From: Alphaproteobacteria bacterium
Lineage (GTDB): Bacteria > Pseudomonadota > Alphaproteobacteria > Rs-D84
Assembly (NCBI GenBank): GCA_033345235.1
Contig: JAWPOC010000014.1
Span: 137,085-201,084 of the forward strand
Direction: 5' to 3'
Length of the DNA stretch: 64,000 nucleotides
Shown: positions 48,501-57,483 of the stretch, piece by piece
Layout: the number at the start of each line of letters is the position of its first letter
How positions within the stretch are numbered: the first letter of the stretch is position 1
The notes under the pieces: generated by a model
The model's database searches: none
What the model was told of the DNA's origin: nothing
Seen by the model: only the letters and a program-made list of their open reading frames with translations
Program-made: the position numbers and the translations under genes

Positions 48501-49202
48501 ATGGCGGACAAGGATTTATTATTTCATAACGGTCATCGCGAGCGCTTGAAAGAAAAATTGCAAGATGGCAAGTTGACCAGTTATGAAAAATTAGAATTGT
48601 TATTAACTTATGCAATTCCCAGACGTGATGTTCGTCCGCTTGCGCGTTCTTTGGTTCAGCGTTTTCGTAATGTTTATCTTGTGTTTACTGCACCTTTGGA
48701 AGATTTAATGTTGTGTCCTGGTGTTGGACGCAGTACTGCGCTATTGATAAAGTTAGTACATGAATTAATGTTAGTTTCGTACAAGGAAAGACTAGAAGAC
48801 GGTGTTATTTTATCTGATCCATTTGTTGTGCGCGAATATTGCAGGCAATTATTATGTGGCAAAACAACCGAAGAATTTCATGTGTTGTTCTTGGGCAAAG
48901 ATAAACGTTTGGTTGCGTCTGAAATTCACAGCAGTGGCAGTTATACTTCATCCAGTGTTACACCAGAAGAAATATTAAGAAAAGCCGCATTGCATCATGC
49001 ACTTAGTGTGATACTGGTTCATAATCATCCAATGTCAGATAACAGTTTTTCAAGAAATGACGTAAACGCGACTATTTTGATAGAAGAAAAATTGATAAAA
49101 GCAGGAATTACAGTAGAAGACCATTTCGTCGTAACAGGAAATGCGGCAGTATTCTCGTTAAGAGAAACGCCATTGTTGAATAAATCTTCTTTTAATGAAT
49201 AA
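48501..49202 (+). CDS. radC: RadC-family (JAMM-like) protein
   Basis: N-terminal HhH ..LSYEKLELLL.. and C-terminal ..HNHPMSDNSFSRND.. (variant of HNHPSG..PS..D). Confidence 0.7.
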   Translation: MADKDLLFHNGHRERLKEKLQDGKLTSYEKLELLLTYAIPRRDVRPLARSLVQRFRNVYLVFTAPLEDLMLCPGVGRSTALLIKLVHELMLVSYKERLEDGVILSDPFVVREYCRQLLCGKTTEEFHVLFLGKDKRLVASEIHSSGSYTSSSVTPEEILRKAALHHALSVILVHNHPMSDNSFSRNDVNATILIEEKLIKAGITVEDHFVVTGNAAVFSLRETPLLNKSSFNE

Positions 49203-49207
49203 ATTTG

Positions 49208-49705
49208 CTATGGATTGCCGGCGCCAGATAATGGGGCGTCTAAAAAAGATTGTGTATGTATTGGGGCTTGGTAATAATTTTCTGCAGAATCATAGATGGT
49301 CAGAACTTCATAAACTTCGTCTTCGCCGAGTGTATCGTTGCGCGCTTCTAACATTCGGTTTGTTTCTGCGATAGATATACGCACAGTGTCACATCCAGCG
49401 GCAAACACATCACCGCCATAAATGACATTTAATATCGGTTTTACCAAAGATAATGCGAAAAATATTATCAGTAAATTACGCAGATTTGTGGTAATTTCGT
49501 TTTTAATACCACGTATCATAGATATCGCCCAGCCAGTTAACAAAAAACCAGTAATCGCAATCAGTGCAATCCAAGCGTAATCAACAAATGTCTCAAAGCT
49601 GCGCAGGATACAAGATGGGTTTTCCATATATATATATCCAGAATCAGCACGTAACCCATGAAATCCAGAATTTTTTAACAGTTGAATAATTGTATCTGTA
49701 TTCAT
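49208..49705 (-). CDS. Hypothetical membrane protein (2 TM)
   Basis: 165 aa. Starts 9 nt after the stop of the upstream acidic-protein gene. Confidence 0.45.
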   Translation of the reverse strand: MNTDTIIQLLKNSGFHGLRADSGYIYMENPSCILRSFETFVDYAWIALIAITGFLLTGWAISMIRGIKNEITTNLRNLLIIFFALSLVKPILNVIYGGDVFAAGCDTVRISIAETNRMLEARNDTLGEDEVYEVLTIYDSAENYYQAPIHTQSFLDAPLSGAGNP

Positions 49706-49713
49706 TGTCTATA

Positions 49714-50706
49714 TTATGCGCCTTGCTTTCTGGAATTGTTCGTTGTAAAGAATCCTGGCATTGCAAAGTCATCATCGTTTGCGGCGATTCCTGCCCATCC
49801 GAACAAGTCACCCATCAGACTGCTATCTTCACGTTTTGCTTTTTTAAATGGCAGAATATTTTTTAATTTTCCGATTTTGCCGGATGTTTCTGTTTTTGTT
49901 TCTATGACGATTTTATCTTCGGTTTCTGCGAATTCTGATGCCAGTTGTGCCAATGTTGCATCTTCATCACTGTCATATATGCCTGTGATATTGTCATCTG
50001 TTTCAGTGTCGTGGTCTTCGCGCAGTGGCGTCATACTTTCCAACAATTGTTCCAGTGTTTTTTCAGCGTTGCTGACAGGTGCATCGTCATTTAGCATATC
50101 ACCAATAGTTGTTGAAACAACATCTGTATTATCTTCTGCCACAGGTTCTATAATTTCAGTGTCAATATGTATATCGGATATGGACACTGTTTCGTCAGGT
50201 GTGGCAACAATATCTGTCTGTTCAATATGTACTGCTGCGGGAACTTCTTGGGGGGCAGATATTGCATCTGTGGCTGTGCCGCCGCCCAAGACAGATAAAA
50301 TTGGAATGACTGTATCGACATCAGATGTATCTTCGATGACATCATCTGCTATCTCATCTATTATTTCGTCAGTAACGCTATCTATGATTTCATCTGCGTC
50401 ATCATCGGTCATAATTGGTTCGATTGTTTCTGTATCAAGTATTTCGTCTGAATCTTCGTCAATAATTGCGGGGATTTCTGGTTCGACAGGTTCATTTTTA
50501 AATTCTGATTCGGCGACTGTGGCAACAGGTTCTATATCGTGTGTGCTTTGTGTGTCTGCCAGTGCGCTATCAGAATCGACGGGCACACCGAACAACACAG
50601 TATCTTTACCCAGTCCCAGTGTGTTTCGCACTTCGTCGAATGCGGCGCGTACTTGTGACATTTCGAACAGTTCGCCGCCAGATATATAAATAATTTTTGT
50701 TTTCAT
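49714..50706 (-). CDS. Highly acidic (D/E/T-rich) low-complexity protein with short ordered N- and C-terminal segments
   Basis: MKTKIIYISGGELFEMSQVRAAFDEV.. then ~250 aa Asp/Glu-rich; C-terminus ..GDLFGWAGIAANDDDFAMPGFF. The antisense Ser-rich ORF is an artefact. Confidence 0.5.
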   Translation of the reverse strand: MKTKIIYISGGELFEMSQVRAAFDEVRNTLGLGKDTVLFGVPVDSDSALADTQSTHDIEPVATVAESEFKNEPVEPEIPAIIDEDSDEILDTETIEPIMTDDDADEIIDSVTDEIIDEIADDVIEDTSDVDTVIPILSVLGGGTATDAISAPQEVPAAVHIEQTDIVATPDETVSISDIHIDTEIIEPVAEDNTDVVSTTIGDMLNDDAPVSNAEKTLEQLLESMTPLREDHDTETDDNITGIYDSDEDATLAQLASEFAETEDKIVIETKTETSGKIGKLKNILPFKKAKREDSSLMGDLFGWAGIAANDDDFAMPGFFTTNNSRKQGA

Positions 50707-50789
50707 AAAACGTTACCCCCACAATATGATTGTATATTATATCACATTTTAGTGTTGAACGCATACAAAAAATATCGTAGACTGGACAT

Positions 50790-51002
50790 ATGTCAGATTT
50801 AAAGCAGCAAATTTTTCAAGAATTATCTTCTTTGGAAGACGCCGTAACGCGTTTACGTGGGACTGCGATAAACGCGGGCAAGCAAACTGATTTAGAGGTT
50901 GCAATTTTAACTGAACAGGTTCGTTCGTTGCGCGACAAGAATGCTCGCGCTACAGAAATGATAGACGAATCTATATCAATCCTTAGGAAGTTAAGAAAAT
51001 GA
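50790..51002 (+). CDS. Small coiled-coil protein upstream of zapA (ZapB/DUF4164-like)
   Basis: 70 aa, heptad-rich, stop overlaps the zapA start. Confidence 0.4.
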   Translation: MSDLKQQIFQELSSLEDAVTRLRGTAINAGKQTDLEVAILTEQVRSLRDKNARATEMIDESISILRKLRK

Positions 51003-51277
51003 GCGTTGTTTCCATACCAATTGTTAACAAGAACTATCCGATGGGCTGTGAGGACGGTCAAGAGTCCCGTTTGATTGAACTGGGGCGTATGGTTGATATG
51101 CGTGCGCGTGAGATATTGGATAAAATTGGGCCATTACCAGAATCTGCGTTATTGGCGACATTGTGTATTGTCTTGGCGGATGAATTGCGTAATCGTCCTG
51201 CGCCTGTGGCGAACGATGGCGATTTAAAAGAAATTTTAGCCCGCATACGTGAGATAAAACATAAAATTTCACAATAA
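50999..51277 (+). CDS. zapA: Cell-division protein ZapA
   Basis: ..VSIPIVNKNYPMGCEDGQESRLIELGRMVD.. matches the ZapA N-terminal pattern (V.I.I.G..Y.L.C), with a C-terminal coiled coil. Confidence 0.6.
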   Translation: MSVVSIPIVNKNYPMGCEDGQESRLIELGRMVDMRAREILDKIGPLPESALLATLCIVLADELRNRPAPVANDGDLKEILARIREIKHKISQ

Positions 51278-51303
51278 AAATGCCCCATTGGGGCGTTTTT
51301 TTA
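51277..51303 (+). terminator. Rho-independent terminator after zapA
   Basis: aaaatgccccattggggcgttttttt. Confidence 0.6.
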
Positions 51304-51346
51304 TGACAGGTGATAAATGCTAACAAGAGTCGCTTTTAAAAACACC

Positions 51347-51374
51347 TTGCTTGAATTTTTATATTCGTTATAAT
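51347..51374 (+). promoter_or_regulatory. Sigma70-like promoter TTGCTT-16-TATAAT for the downstream structured RNA
   Basis: ttgctt at 51347-51352 and tataat at 51369-51374. Confidence 0.4.
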
Positions 51375-51380
51375 TAGTAC

Positions 51381-51592
51381 GTTGCTGGGGTTATTCCGGC
51401 GATGGGGTTTAGAGACCCGTTCACATGCATCTGGGATGTATTTCCGTCCGCCGTTTGGCACACATAAACTCAGATGAAACCCAACTCCTGACCGTTTTTA
51501 GGTCAGGAGGGTTGCGAATAAATTGAATAAGCACACAATTCATGTGATTGTCTCTAACCTCCTGACCACCGAATAGAAATCAGCGGGTGGTT
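51381..51592 (+). ncRNA. ssrS: 6S-RNA-like structured RNA (candidate ssrS) downstream of zapA
   Basis: 5' gctggggttattccggcgatggggtttagagac pairs with 3' gtctctaacctcctgaccaccgaatagaaatcagc (long closing stem). Inner helix cacatgcat/atgaattgtg. Apical hairpin ctcctgacc-gttttta-ggtcaggag. Confidence 0.4.
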
Positions 51593-51630
51593 TTCTTTTA
51601 AAGACATGTGAAAGAAAAGCAGGGGAGATT

Positions 51631-52878
51631 ATGAAACATATCGCATTGTTATTTTTATTATTTGCCACCGCAGCATACGCAGAAGATACGTCAGAAACAA
51701 ATGCTGTGTTGATGGATGTGGCGAATTTTCCTAGTCGGACATATGCTGGCATTTGTGGATACGGAAAATATCATAATCCAGACAAAAAATCACCTGACCA
51801 GTGTATCACGCGTGCGCAGTGGGTCGACAAATCCCCGAATTGCAGCGCGATAACAATTAACAATGTCTCATATTCGACATATACTGTTGACATAGATGTC
51901 AGTTCGTTTATGTATCCTGAACCATCGGGGAATTGTCGCGGATTGTATTCTGCATACATATATAATCCAGATTTAATGATACCTGTGGAATCAGGGGGTG
52001 CATATTTATATACTGTGACGAACTATGCCGGTATTTGTGGTTACAGACAGTATCATTTAAATGGCACATGTTATAATATCGATAAATTAACCCCAGAAAA
52101 TCGGTTTGGATGTGATGTTGGCTATCATAAATCTGTTGCGACAGACGCGTCCTTTATGGGGCCAAAAGAATTTGTTACAAATGACCAAGAACCATTATGT
52201 AATGGCGACTATCTGTTGTATAACTTTGTCAAAGGTACATACAGCACATCTTTGGACGCCAGTCGCATATACCCGCTGTATAACGGTACATTGTTATTTG
52301 TCGGTGCAGATGTGATAAAGGTATCGACATTTGATGATATGCGTAACAACCGTTGTACAGTTAATCCGGATAAATATTATAATTTCAGTCTGTTGGGAGA
52401 AACAACGTCACAGCCATTTGCGTTTCCAAAACTGGCGATGTGCGATGACGGATTTTCAAAATTTAATGCCAGACAGAATTGCCACTATATAAAAACGGAC
52501 GCGGATGTAGCAGATAATTGGCTGTGTGCGGTACTGTGCGAACGTCCAGAATACGTTTACACGAACAGTGGTGTTTGTTCTGTGGATGGTTATTGCACAA
52601 ACGGGGACAAGAAGTTGCGTTTGCACGTTGCGCGTCCAGAAGGCGCAAAATATGACTATCCCTTATACGCGTCGAAAACCAGCAGTCCATCAATGCACTT
52701 TAAGTTTTTAAATACATCGGGAAATGAACAGACATGTTATGTGAATCTTGTTCCGCCACAGGCGATAGATCACTTTGTAGGAACGAAACCGAATCCGATA
52801 CGTGTTGGTAAATCACTAAGCTGGACAGACAGCAAGGGTGCGGTTCACACCACCGACAACCTGATAACGATAGATTAA
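51631..52878 (+). CDS. Secreted Cys-rich protein with duplicated YAGICGY[GR][KQ]YH motif
   Basis: Signal peptide ..ATAAYA|ED, 20+ Cys. First gene of a 3-gene operon (gaps of 15-16 nt, each gene with an SD). Confidence 0.55.
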   Translation: MKHIALLFLLFATAAYAEDTSETNAVLMDVANFPSRTYAGICGYGKYHNPDKKSPDQCITRAQWVDKSPNCSAITINNVSYSTYTVDIDVSSFMYPEPSGNCRGLYSAYIYNPDLMIPVESGGAYLYTVTNYAGICGYRQYHLNGTCYNIDKLTPENRFGCDVGYHKSVATDASFMGPKEFVTNDQEPLCNGDYLLYNFVKGTYSTSLDASRIYPLYNGTLLFVGADVIKVSTFDDMRNNRCTVNPDKYYNFSLLGETTSQPFAFPKLAMCDDGFSKFNARQNCHYIKTDADVADNWLCAVLCERPEYVYTNSGVCSVDGYCTNGDKKLRLHVARPEGAKYDYPLYASKTSSPSMHFKFLNTSGNEQTCYVNLVPPQAIDHFVGTKPNPIRVGKSLSWTDSKGAVHTTDNLITID

Positions 52879-52893
52879 AGAAAAGGAGAACGA

Positions 52894-53484
52894 ATGAAGA
52901 AACTGATGATGATATTGCTGATGATACCGATATGCGCGTTTGCGGCGGATCAAGACGAAATCTGTCGTCGTAATACGTTGGCAATGGCGGTATTGCGTAC
53001 AGACGCCGAAACAACTGCACTGGCGCGTAATGTATCGACAGATGGGATGTATAAAAACAAACATTGGAAAGTAAATGTTGGTTACGACGTATTTGCGAAT
53101 ATGCGTCCAGAACTGGGGGAGTATGGCGTTCGTGATATCTATGGCAGTGCGACCTGTAACGGCAAAGACGTCAGGTCATCTGAAACTGGTAATTCAAATA
53201 ATGCAGGTCCTGCGAGTTTTGGTGATACAAATACTTTTTTAAAGGCGTCGGTCAAAGACGTTGGTGTTAATTGCTGGTGCAAGATGGATTGGCCTGTAAC
53301 GTCGTGGTGGACATACTTTAAAAAGTATGACGCGGTTGGGGACAGGACTGCGAAACAAGTATGTGCGGAAGAATGCACGAAGTATTGTGCAGAAAAATTT
53401 ACATCGAATGGCGAACTGGGCACGAACACAAACAGCGACAAGGTTGTATATGGTCGCGACGCACTGTACTACACAATTTGGTAA
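52894..53484 (+). CDS. Secreted Cys-rich protein, paralog 1 (YGSATC / C.CK...P...W motifs)
   Basis: Signal peptide ..ICAFA|AD. IYGSATCNGKDV and CWCKMDWPVTSWW are shared with the next gene. Confidence 0.55.
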   Translation: MKKLMMILLMIPICAFAADQDEICRRNTLAMAVLRTDAETTALARNVSTDGMYKNKHWKVNVGYDVFANMRPELGEYGVRDIYGSATCNGKDVRSSETGNSNNAGPASFGDTNTFLKASVKDVGVNCWCKMDWPVTSWWTYFKKYDAVGDRTAKQVCAEECTKYCAEKFTSNGELGTNTNSDKVVYGRDALYYTIW

Positions 53485-53500
53485 ATAAAAGGGGAAAGAA

Positions 53501-54043
53501 ATGAAGAAAATCTTTATAATTTTACTGTGTATGATAACACTAAACGTAAACGCGACGGAAATGTGCGCCCGCAATGATACAGTCGTAATTCCACTAGACG
53601 CGACGGTAGATGGAAAAATTGGTGGGTTTTCTAAAATAGAATGGCTATGGTGGATAACATACGGATATGGCACTGTTTATGGCAGTGCGACATGTTTATC
53701 TAGAAAAGAAATTAGTATGTATTCTGATTGGAATGGTTCTGGGAATCTGCCGGGTGGTTTGCTGTTAGGTACATCATCAGATGAATTGGTTGGTTTGTCG
53801 GGATATTATATGAATGCGGATATAAATCCAGATATCCCAGATTCTGAAAAATCGGATTATAACAGGAGCTATTGTTTTTGTAAGTTGACACATCCGATGA
53901 ACTCTACTTGGATATTAGGACTTAACATTTGTTCTGAATGTTATAATTTATGCGCGCAGGTATTATCAACGCATCATTATGCTCTTGGTTTACGTACCGT
54001 TCTTTTTAACTCCATCGGTACTGTGCCGCCTTGGACTGAATAG
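53501..54043 (+). CDS. Secreted Cys-rich protein, paralog 2
   Basis: Signal peptide ..LNVNA|TE. VYGSATCLSRKEI and CFCKLTHPMNSTW. Confidence 0.55.
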   Translation: MKKIFIILLCMITLNVNATEMCARNDTVVIPLDATVDGKIGGFSKIEWLWWITYGYGTVYGSATCLSRKEISMYSDWNGSGNLPGGLLLGTSSDELVGLSGYYMNADINPDIPDSEKSDYNRSYCFCKLTHPMNSTWILGLNICSECYNLCAQVLSTHHYALGLRTVLFNSIGTVPPWTE

Positions 54044-54109
54044 GGGATGTTTTATATCTGAAAGTTCTCACACCCACCCCCCTGTGTTTTTATAGGGGGG
54101 TACAAATTT

Positions 54110-54206
54110 TTGTAAAAAAAGCAGGATTACTGGATTGCCATACTTTGCACAAGAGTGCTTCGTATGATACAGCCACGTTCACTTGCGTTCCCTCGCAATG
54201 ACAAGG
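54110..54206. repeat. ~95-bp direct repeat copy A in a palindrome-rich intergenic region
   Basis: tgtaaaaaaagcaggattactggattgccatactttgcacaagagtgcttcgtatgatacagccacgttcac..cgcaatgacaagg is ~92% identical to 54471-54564. Confidence 0.8.
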
Positions 54207-54470
54207 TTCTTAGGTTCTCTTTTCTTATGTTATCATTGCTTTTACTCTATTGTCATTGCGAGCGGCAGCGCAGCAATCCAGTTAAAGCCGCAAAATAAAA
54301 AAAGCAAAAGGTTGTTCAAGAATAAAAAACTTAAAAACTCCCCTATGTCATCCTGTGGCTTGACCACAGGACCCAGGTTTGGCCTTAGAATAACAAAGTG
54401 CGCTGCGCGCGACACATTCACCTAGGTTCTGGGGTCGAGCGTTAGCGTGACAAATTTTTTACAAAAATTT

Positions 54471-54564
54471 GTGAAAAAGCAGGATTACTGGATTGCCATA
54501 CTTCGCACAAGAGTGCTTCGTATGACACAGCCACGTTCACTGACGTTCCCTTGCAATGACAAGG
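54471..54564. repeat. ~95-bp direct repeat copy B
   Basis: Matches 54110-54206. Abuts the lptB stop. Confidence 0.8.
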
Positions 54565-54588
54565 GGCAGGGATGACAAAGGGGGGAGT

Positions 54589-55317
54589 TTACATCACAAA
54601 ATCTTCGCCCAGATAGACTTTTTTTACCATCTTGTCACGTACGATTTCTTCGGTTGTGCCATGCTTTAATATCTTGCCGTCGTGTAAAACATAACTGCGG
54701 TCGGTAATCCCCAGTGTTTCACGTACGTTGTGATCCGTTATAATAACGCCCAAACCGCGATTCTTTAACTGAGATACCAGACTGCGAATTTCGTTAACGG
54801 CAATCGGATCAATGCCCGCAAATGGTTCGTCCAGCAATATAAATTTCGGATTGTTCGCCAATGCACGCGCAATTTCAACACGACGACGCTCGCCCCCAGA
54901 CAGGGCAGTCGCAGGACTGTGACGCAGACCGGATATGGAAAATTCGTCCAGTAATGAATCTAACTTCTTTTGGCGTTTCTTTTTGTCTGGTTCGACAACT
55001 TCTAGGATTGCCATTATGTTCTGCTCAACCGTAAGGCCACGAAAAACACTGTTTTCTTGGGGTAAGTATCCAATGTGTAATCTGGCACGTTGATAAAAAG
55101 GTAAATGTGTAATGTCTTGGGAATTTAAAAATATTTGACCGCCTGTTGCAGATAACTGACCCGTAATGCAATAAAAGGCCGTCGTCTTGCCAGCACCGTT
55201 CGGCCCCAACAGACCAACAGATTCACCCTGGCGCGCAATCAAAGATATGTCTTTTAAAACCATACGCTTGCCATAGGTTTTTGATAAGTGTTCAATACGT
55301 AAAACAGACTGTTTCAT
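54589..55317 (-). CDS. lptB: LPS export ABC transporter ATP-binding protein
   Basis: Walker A GPNGAGKTT, ABC signature LSGGERRRVEIARAL, ~240 aa. Translationally coupled to the upstream lptC-like gene. Confidence 0.85.
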   Translation of the reverse strand: MKQSVLRIEHLSKTYGKRMVLKDISLIARQGESVGLLGPNGAGKTTAFYCITGQLSATGGQIFLNSQDITHLPFYQRARLHIGYLPQENSVFRGLTVEQNIMAILEVVEPDKKKRQKKLDSLLDEFSISGLRHSPATALSGGERRRVEIARALANNPKFILLDEPFAGIDPIAVNEIRSLVSQLKNRGLGVIITDHNVRETLGITDRSYVLHDGKILKHGTTEEIVRDKMVKKVYLGEDFVM

Positions 55318-55793
55318 AATGTTATCACCAATTGTTTTGTTCTGACTTTGTCGCCATTGCTGGAATTAACGCGCACGTTCCCATTCAATGTTATCGTTTT
55401 GTTCTTGCGATTAAATTGCCCAGTGTCCGCAGTTATGTTGTCAACAATCTTGGTGCCATCGCTGGTGCGACTGACGGTGCCAGATATGTTTTCCATAAAT
55501 ATTATATGTGGTGTCGCATATTCTTGGTACCCAACGCGTGCGCGAATTTTAAATGGTTCGCCGTTCTTGTCTGTGCCAACAAATGATGCGCCAGACATCT
55601 TGAACTGATTTGCAACAATGTCTGTCATGTTTATCGCAGATATCGGTGTCCATAACAGCTGTTTCGTAAATAACGACCCGGCAACCAAGGCCGCAACCAT
55701 TACCAAGCCCCAGCCCGTAAAGAAAAATTGCCACAGTCGCTTTAGCCGGCGATGTTTGCTGAATATAATAAAACTGCGTTTGTCTGCTTGCAT
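55314..55793 (-). CDS. LptC/LptA-family protein (N-terminal TM anchor, OstA-like beta-jellyroll)
   Basis: TM helix ..WGLVMVAALVAGSLF.. followed by a ~120-aa beta-rich domain. ATGA overlap with lptB. Confidence 0.5.
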   Translation of the reverse strand: MQADKRSFIIFSKHRRLKRLWQFFFTGWGLVMVAALVAGSLFTKQLLWTPISAINMTDIVANQFKMSGASFVGTDKNGEPFKIRARVGYQEYATPHIIFMENISGTVSRTSDGTKIVDNITADTGQFNRKNKTITLNGNVRVNSSNGDKVRTKQLVITL

Positions 55794-55880
55794 ACCGCCA
55801 CTTTAGCGCGCTTGAATCCAAAATGCAATTTTTATATTTGTCTGTGTGATTTTTTATGATATAATTAAACCTAAAGAGAG

Positions 55881-56708
55881 ATGAGAAAAGTTTTACTGAT
55901 ATTTGTCGGATTTTTTGTCGCTGCACAGCAATGTGCCAGTGCCGCTGTTACAATTAAAAAAGCAGCACCCGTCGCAACAAAGCAAACGTCGGTCAAAGAT
56001 ACCGGCGCCAGTCTGTTGCCGTCTGTGTTAAATCTGGTCAGTGGGGTGCAACAGTTAAGCCAAAAACAAAAGGCGCTAACGGATGATTGTATACCAACGT
56101 CCCAAGAAATAACTTGGGTTAACAATATGGTCAAAGAATGGGCAAAAACAGGCGATACTAATTCTGATGATGTGGAAAAGGCAATGGATGGCATGGAACG
56201 CTGTTCGTCGGCAAACGGCGGATACGAAGCGTCTGTGCGTATGGCGGCTGATATCGACGATTATGAATTATGCTATGATTATTTCGATTCCAGTGCAGAT
56301 AAGGGAACTGTGTGGCATATGTTTCCAAAGGCATCCAAGGCGTATTACTGTAAAGATGGCGAAGTGTCCAGTTGCAAAGAAAAAAATAGAGTCTATATGT
56401 CAAATATATATGATGTCTTTAATATGATTGACTTTTCAGAAAATGATTATACAACTTCAGAACTGACAATGGCGTCAAAGTTAATGGCAAAAATTGAAAA
56501 TTGTTCCAATGCTAAAATTAGCGCAAAAAAGCGCGCAATGTGGGGCGAATTCTTGATGAGCTCTGTCGGCAGTGTCGGTCAAAAAACAAATACAGGAAAT
56601 ATTATGCAGGTCGTCCAAGGCGTTTCCGGCAGTGTCGGTAATGGCAGCGGATTTAGTGGCGCATTACAGTCTTTGAGTGGAATTGCCAATCAATTTATCC
56701 CACAATAA
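55881..56708 (+). CDS. Secreted hypothetical protein
   Basis: Signal peptide ..QCASA|AV. 275 aa with no recognised domains. Confidence 0.45.
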   Translation: MRKVLLIFVGFFVAAQQCASAAVTIKKAAPVATKQTSVKDTGASLLPSVLNLVSGVQQLSQKQKALTDDCIPTSQEITWVNNMVKEWAKTGDTNSDDVEKAMDGMERCSSANGGYEASVRMAADIDDYELCYDYFDSSADKGTVWHMFPKASKAYYCKDGEVSSCKEKNRVYMSNIYDVFNMIDFSENDYTTSELTMASKLMAKIENCSNAKISAKKRAMWGEFLMSSVGSVGQKTNTGNIMQVVQGVSGSVGNGSGFSGALQSLSGIANQFIPQ

Positions 56709-56756
56709 ATTTTTTGATAAACTTTTATTCCCGTTTGTTATATATAATAATGCATT

Positions 56757-57404
56757 ATGATTCTGGAATCTGATGGTGTTTTGTTGTCTTTGCGACCGTT
56801 TAATGAACGTGATGTAATCGCACGGATATTTACGCGTGATTATGGCGTGTTGGTCGGTATGTTAAAGGGCGCAATTGTTGCAAAGAAAAATAAACCAATC
56901 GTCGGACAATGGGGCAATGTGTCTTGGAATGCCAGATTGGATTCACAACTGGGGGTGTTTCATTGGGCGCCAGAAAAAAATCTGGCCGCGGATTTAATGG
57001 CCTCTTATGACAAGTTAATGTTTATGAATGCTGCGTTTGAAATGCTGGGGGTGTTGTTGCCAGAACGTGAAAGTTATCAGGCTTTGTATCAGAAAACACT
57101 TGAAATGATGGCAGGGTTGGCGGAAAAAACAGTTGATGAATATCTGGGGTGGGAAATCTGCTTGCTGCGCGAATTAGGGTATGCAATGGATTTAACGCGT
57201 TGTTCTGGGTGCGGTAAATGCGAAAATTTACATTATATATCACCACGTACAGCACGTGCTGTGTGCGATACGTGCGCCCAACCATATTTAGATAAACTGT
57301 ATAAAATGCCTGTGAATCTGGATGTTACGTACCGATTCTTGGAAAATATTTGCGCACAACAAGGTGTTAAAATCCCGTACAGCAGATGTGTGCTAAAAAA
57401 ATAA
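56757..57404 (+). CDS. recO: DNA repair protein RecO
   Basis: N-terminal OB-fold region ..GVLLSLRPFNERDVIARIFT.. and a C-terminal Cys4 zinc motif (C..C...C..C). Confidence 0.8.
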   Translation: MILESDGVLLSLRPFNERDVIARIFTRDYGVLVGMLKGAIVAKKNKPIVGQWGNVSWNARLDSQLGVFHWAPEKNLAADLMASYDKLMFMNAAFEMLGVLLPERESYQALYQKTLEMMAGLAEKTVDEYLGWEICLLRELGYAMDLTRCSGCGKCENLHYISPRTARAVCDTCAQPYLDKLYKMPVNLDVTYRFLENICAQQGVKIPYSRCVLKK

Positions 57405-57483
57405 TCTGAATAATATTTATTCCTTGTTATTTTGTTTTTTGTTTGCTATGTTTATCTCGTTCAACAGACAAAGGAGAAAAAAT

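Noticed and set aside
49682-50689. 335-aa Ser-rich ORF on the plus strand
   Set aside because: It is the exact antisense of the Asp/Glu-rich gene (GAT/GAA codons read in reverse give Ser/Ile-rich sequence). The acidic protein has the SD and sits in operon context, so the plus-strand ORF is an artefact.
54183-54425. 80-aa ORF in the lptB-proximal intergenic region
   Set aside because: It lies entirely within the palindrome/repeat region and has no SD, an odd composition and internal hairpins. Treated as non-coding.
54110-54564. CRISPR array
   Set aside because: Only two copies, repeats ~95 bp (far longer than CRISPR repeats), and no cas genes in the window.
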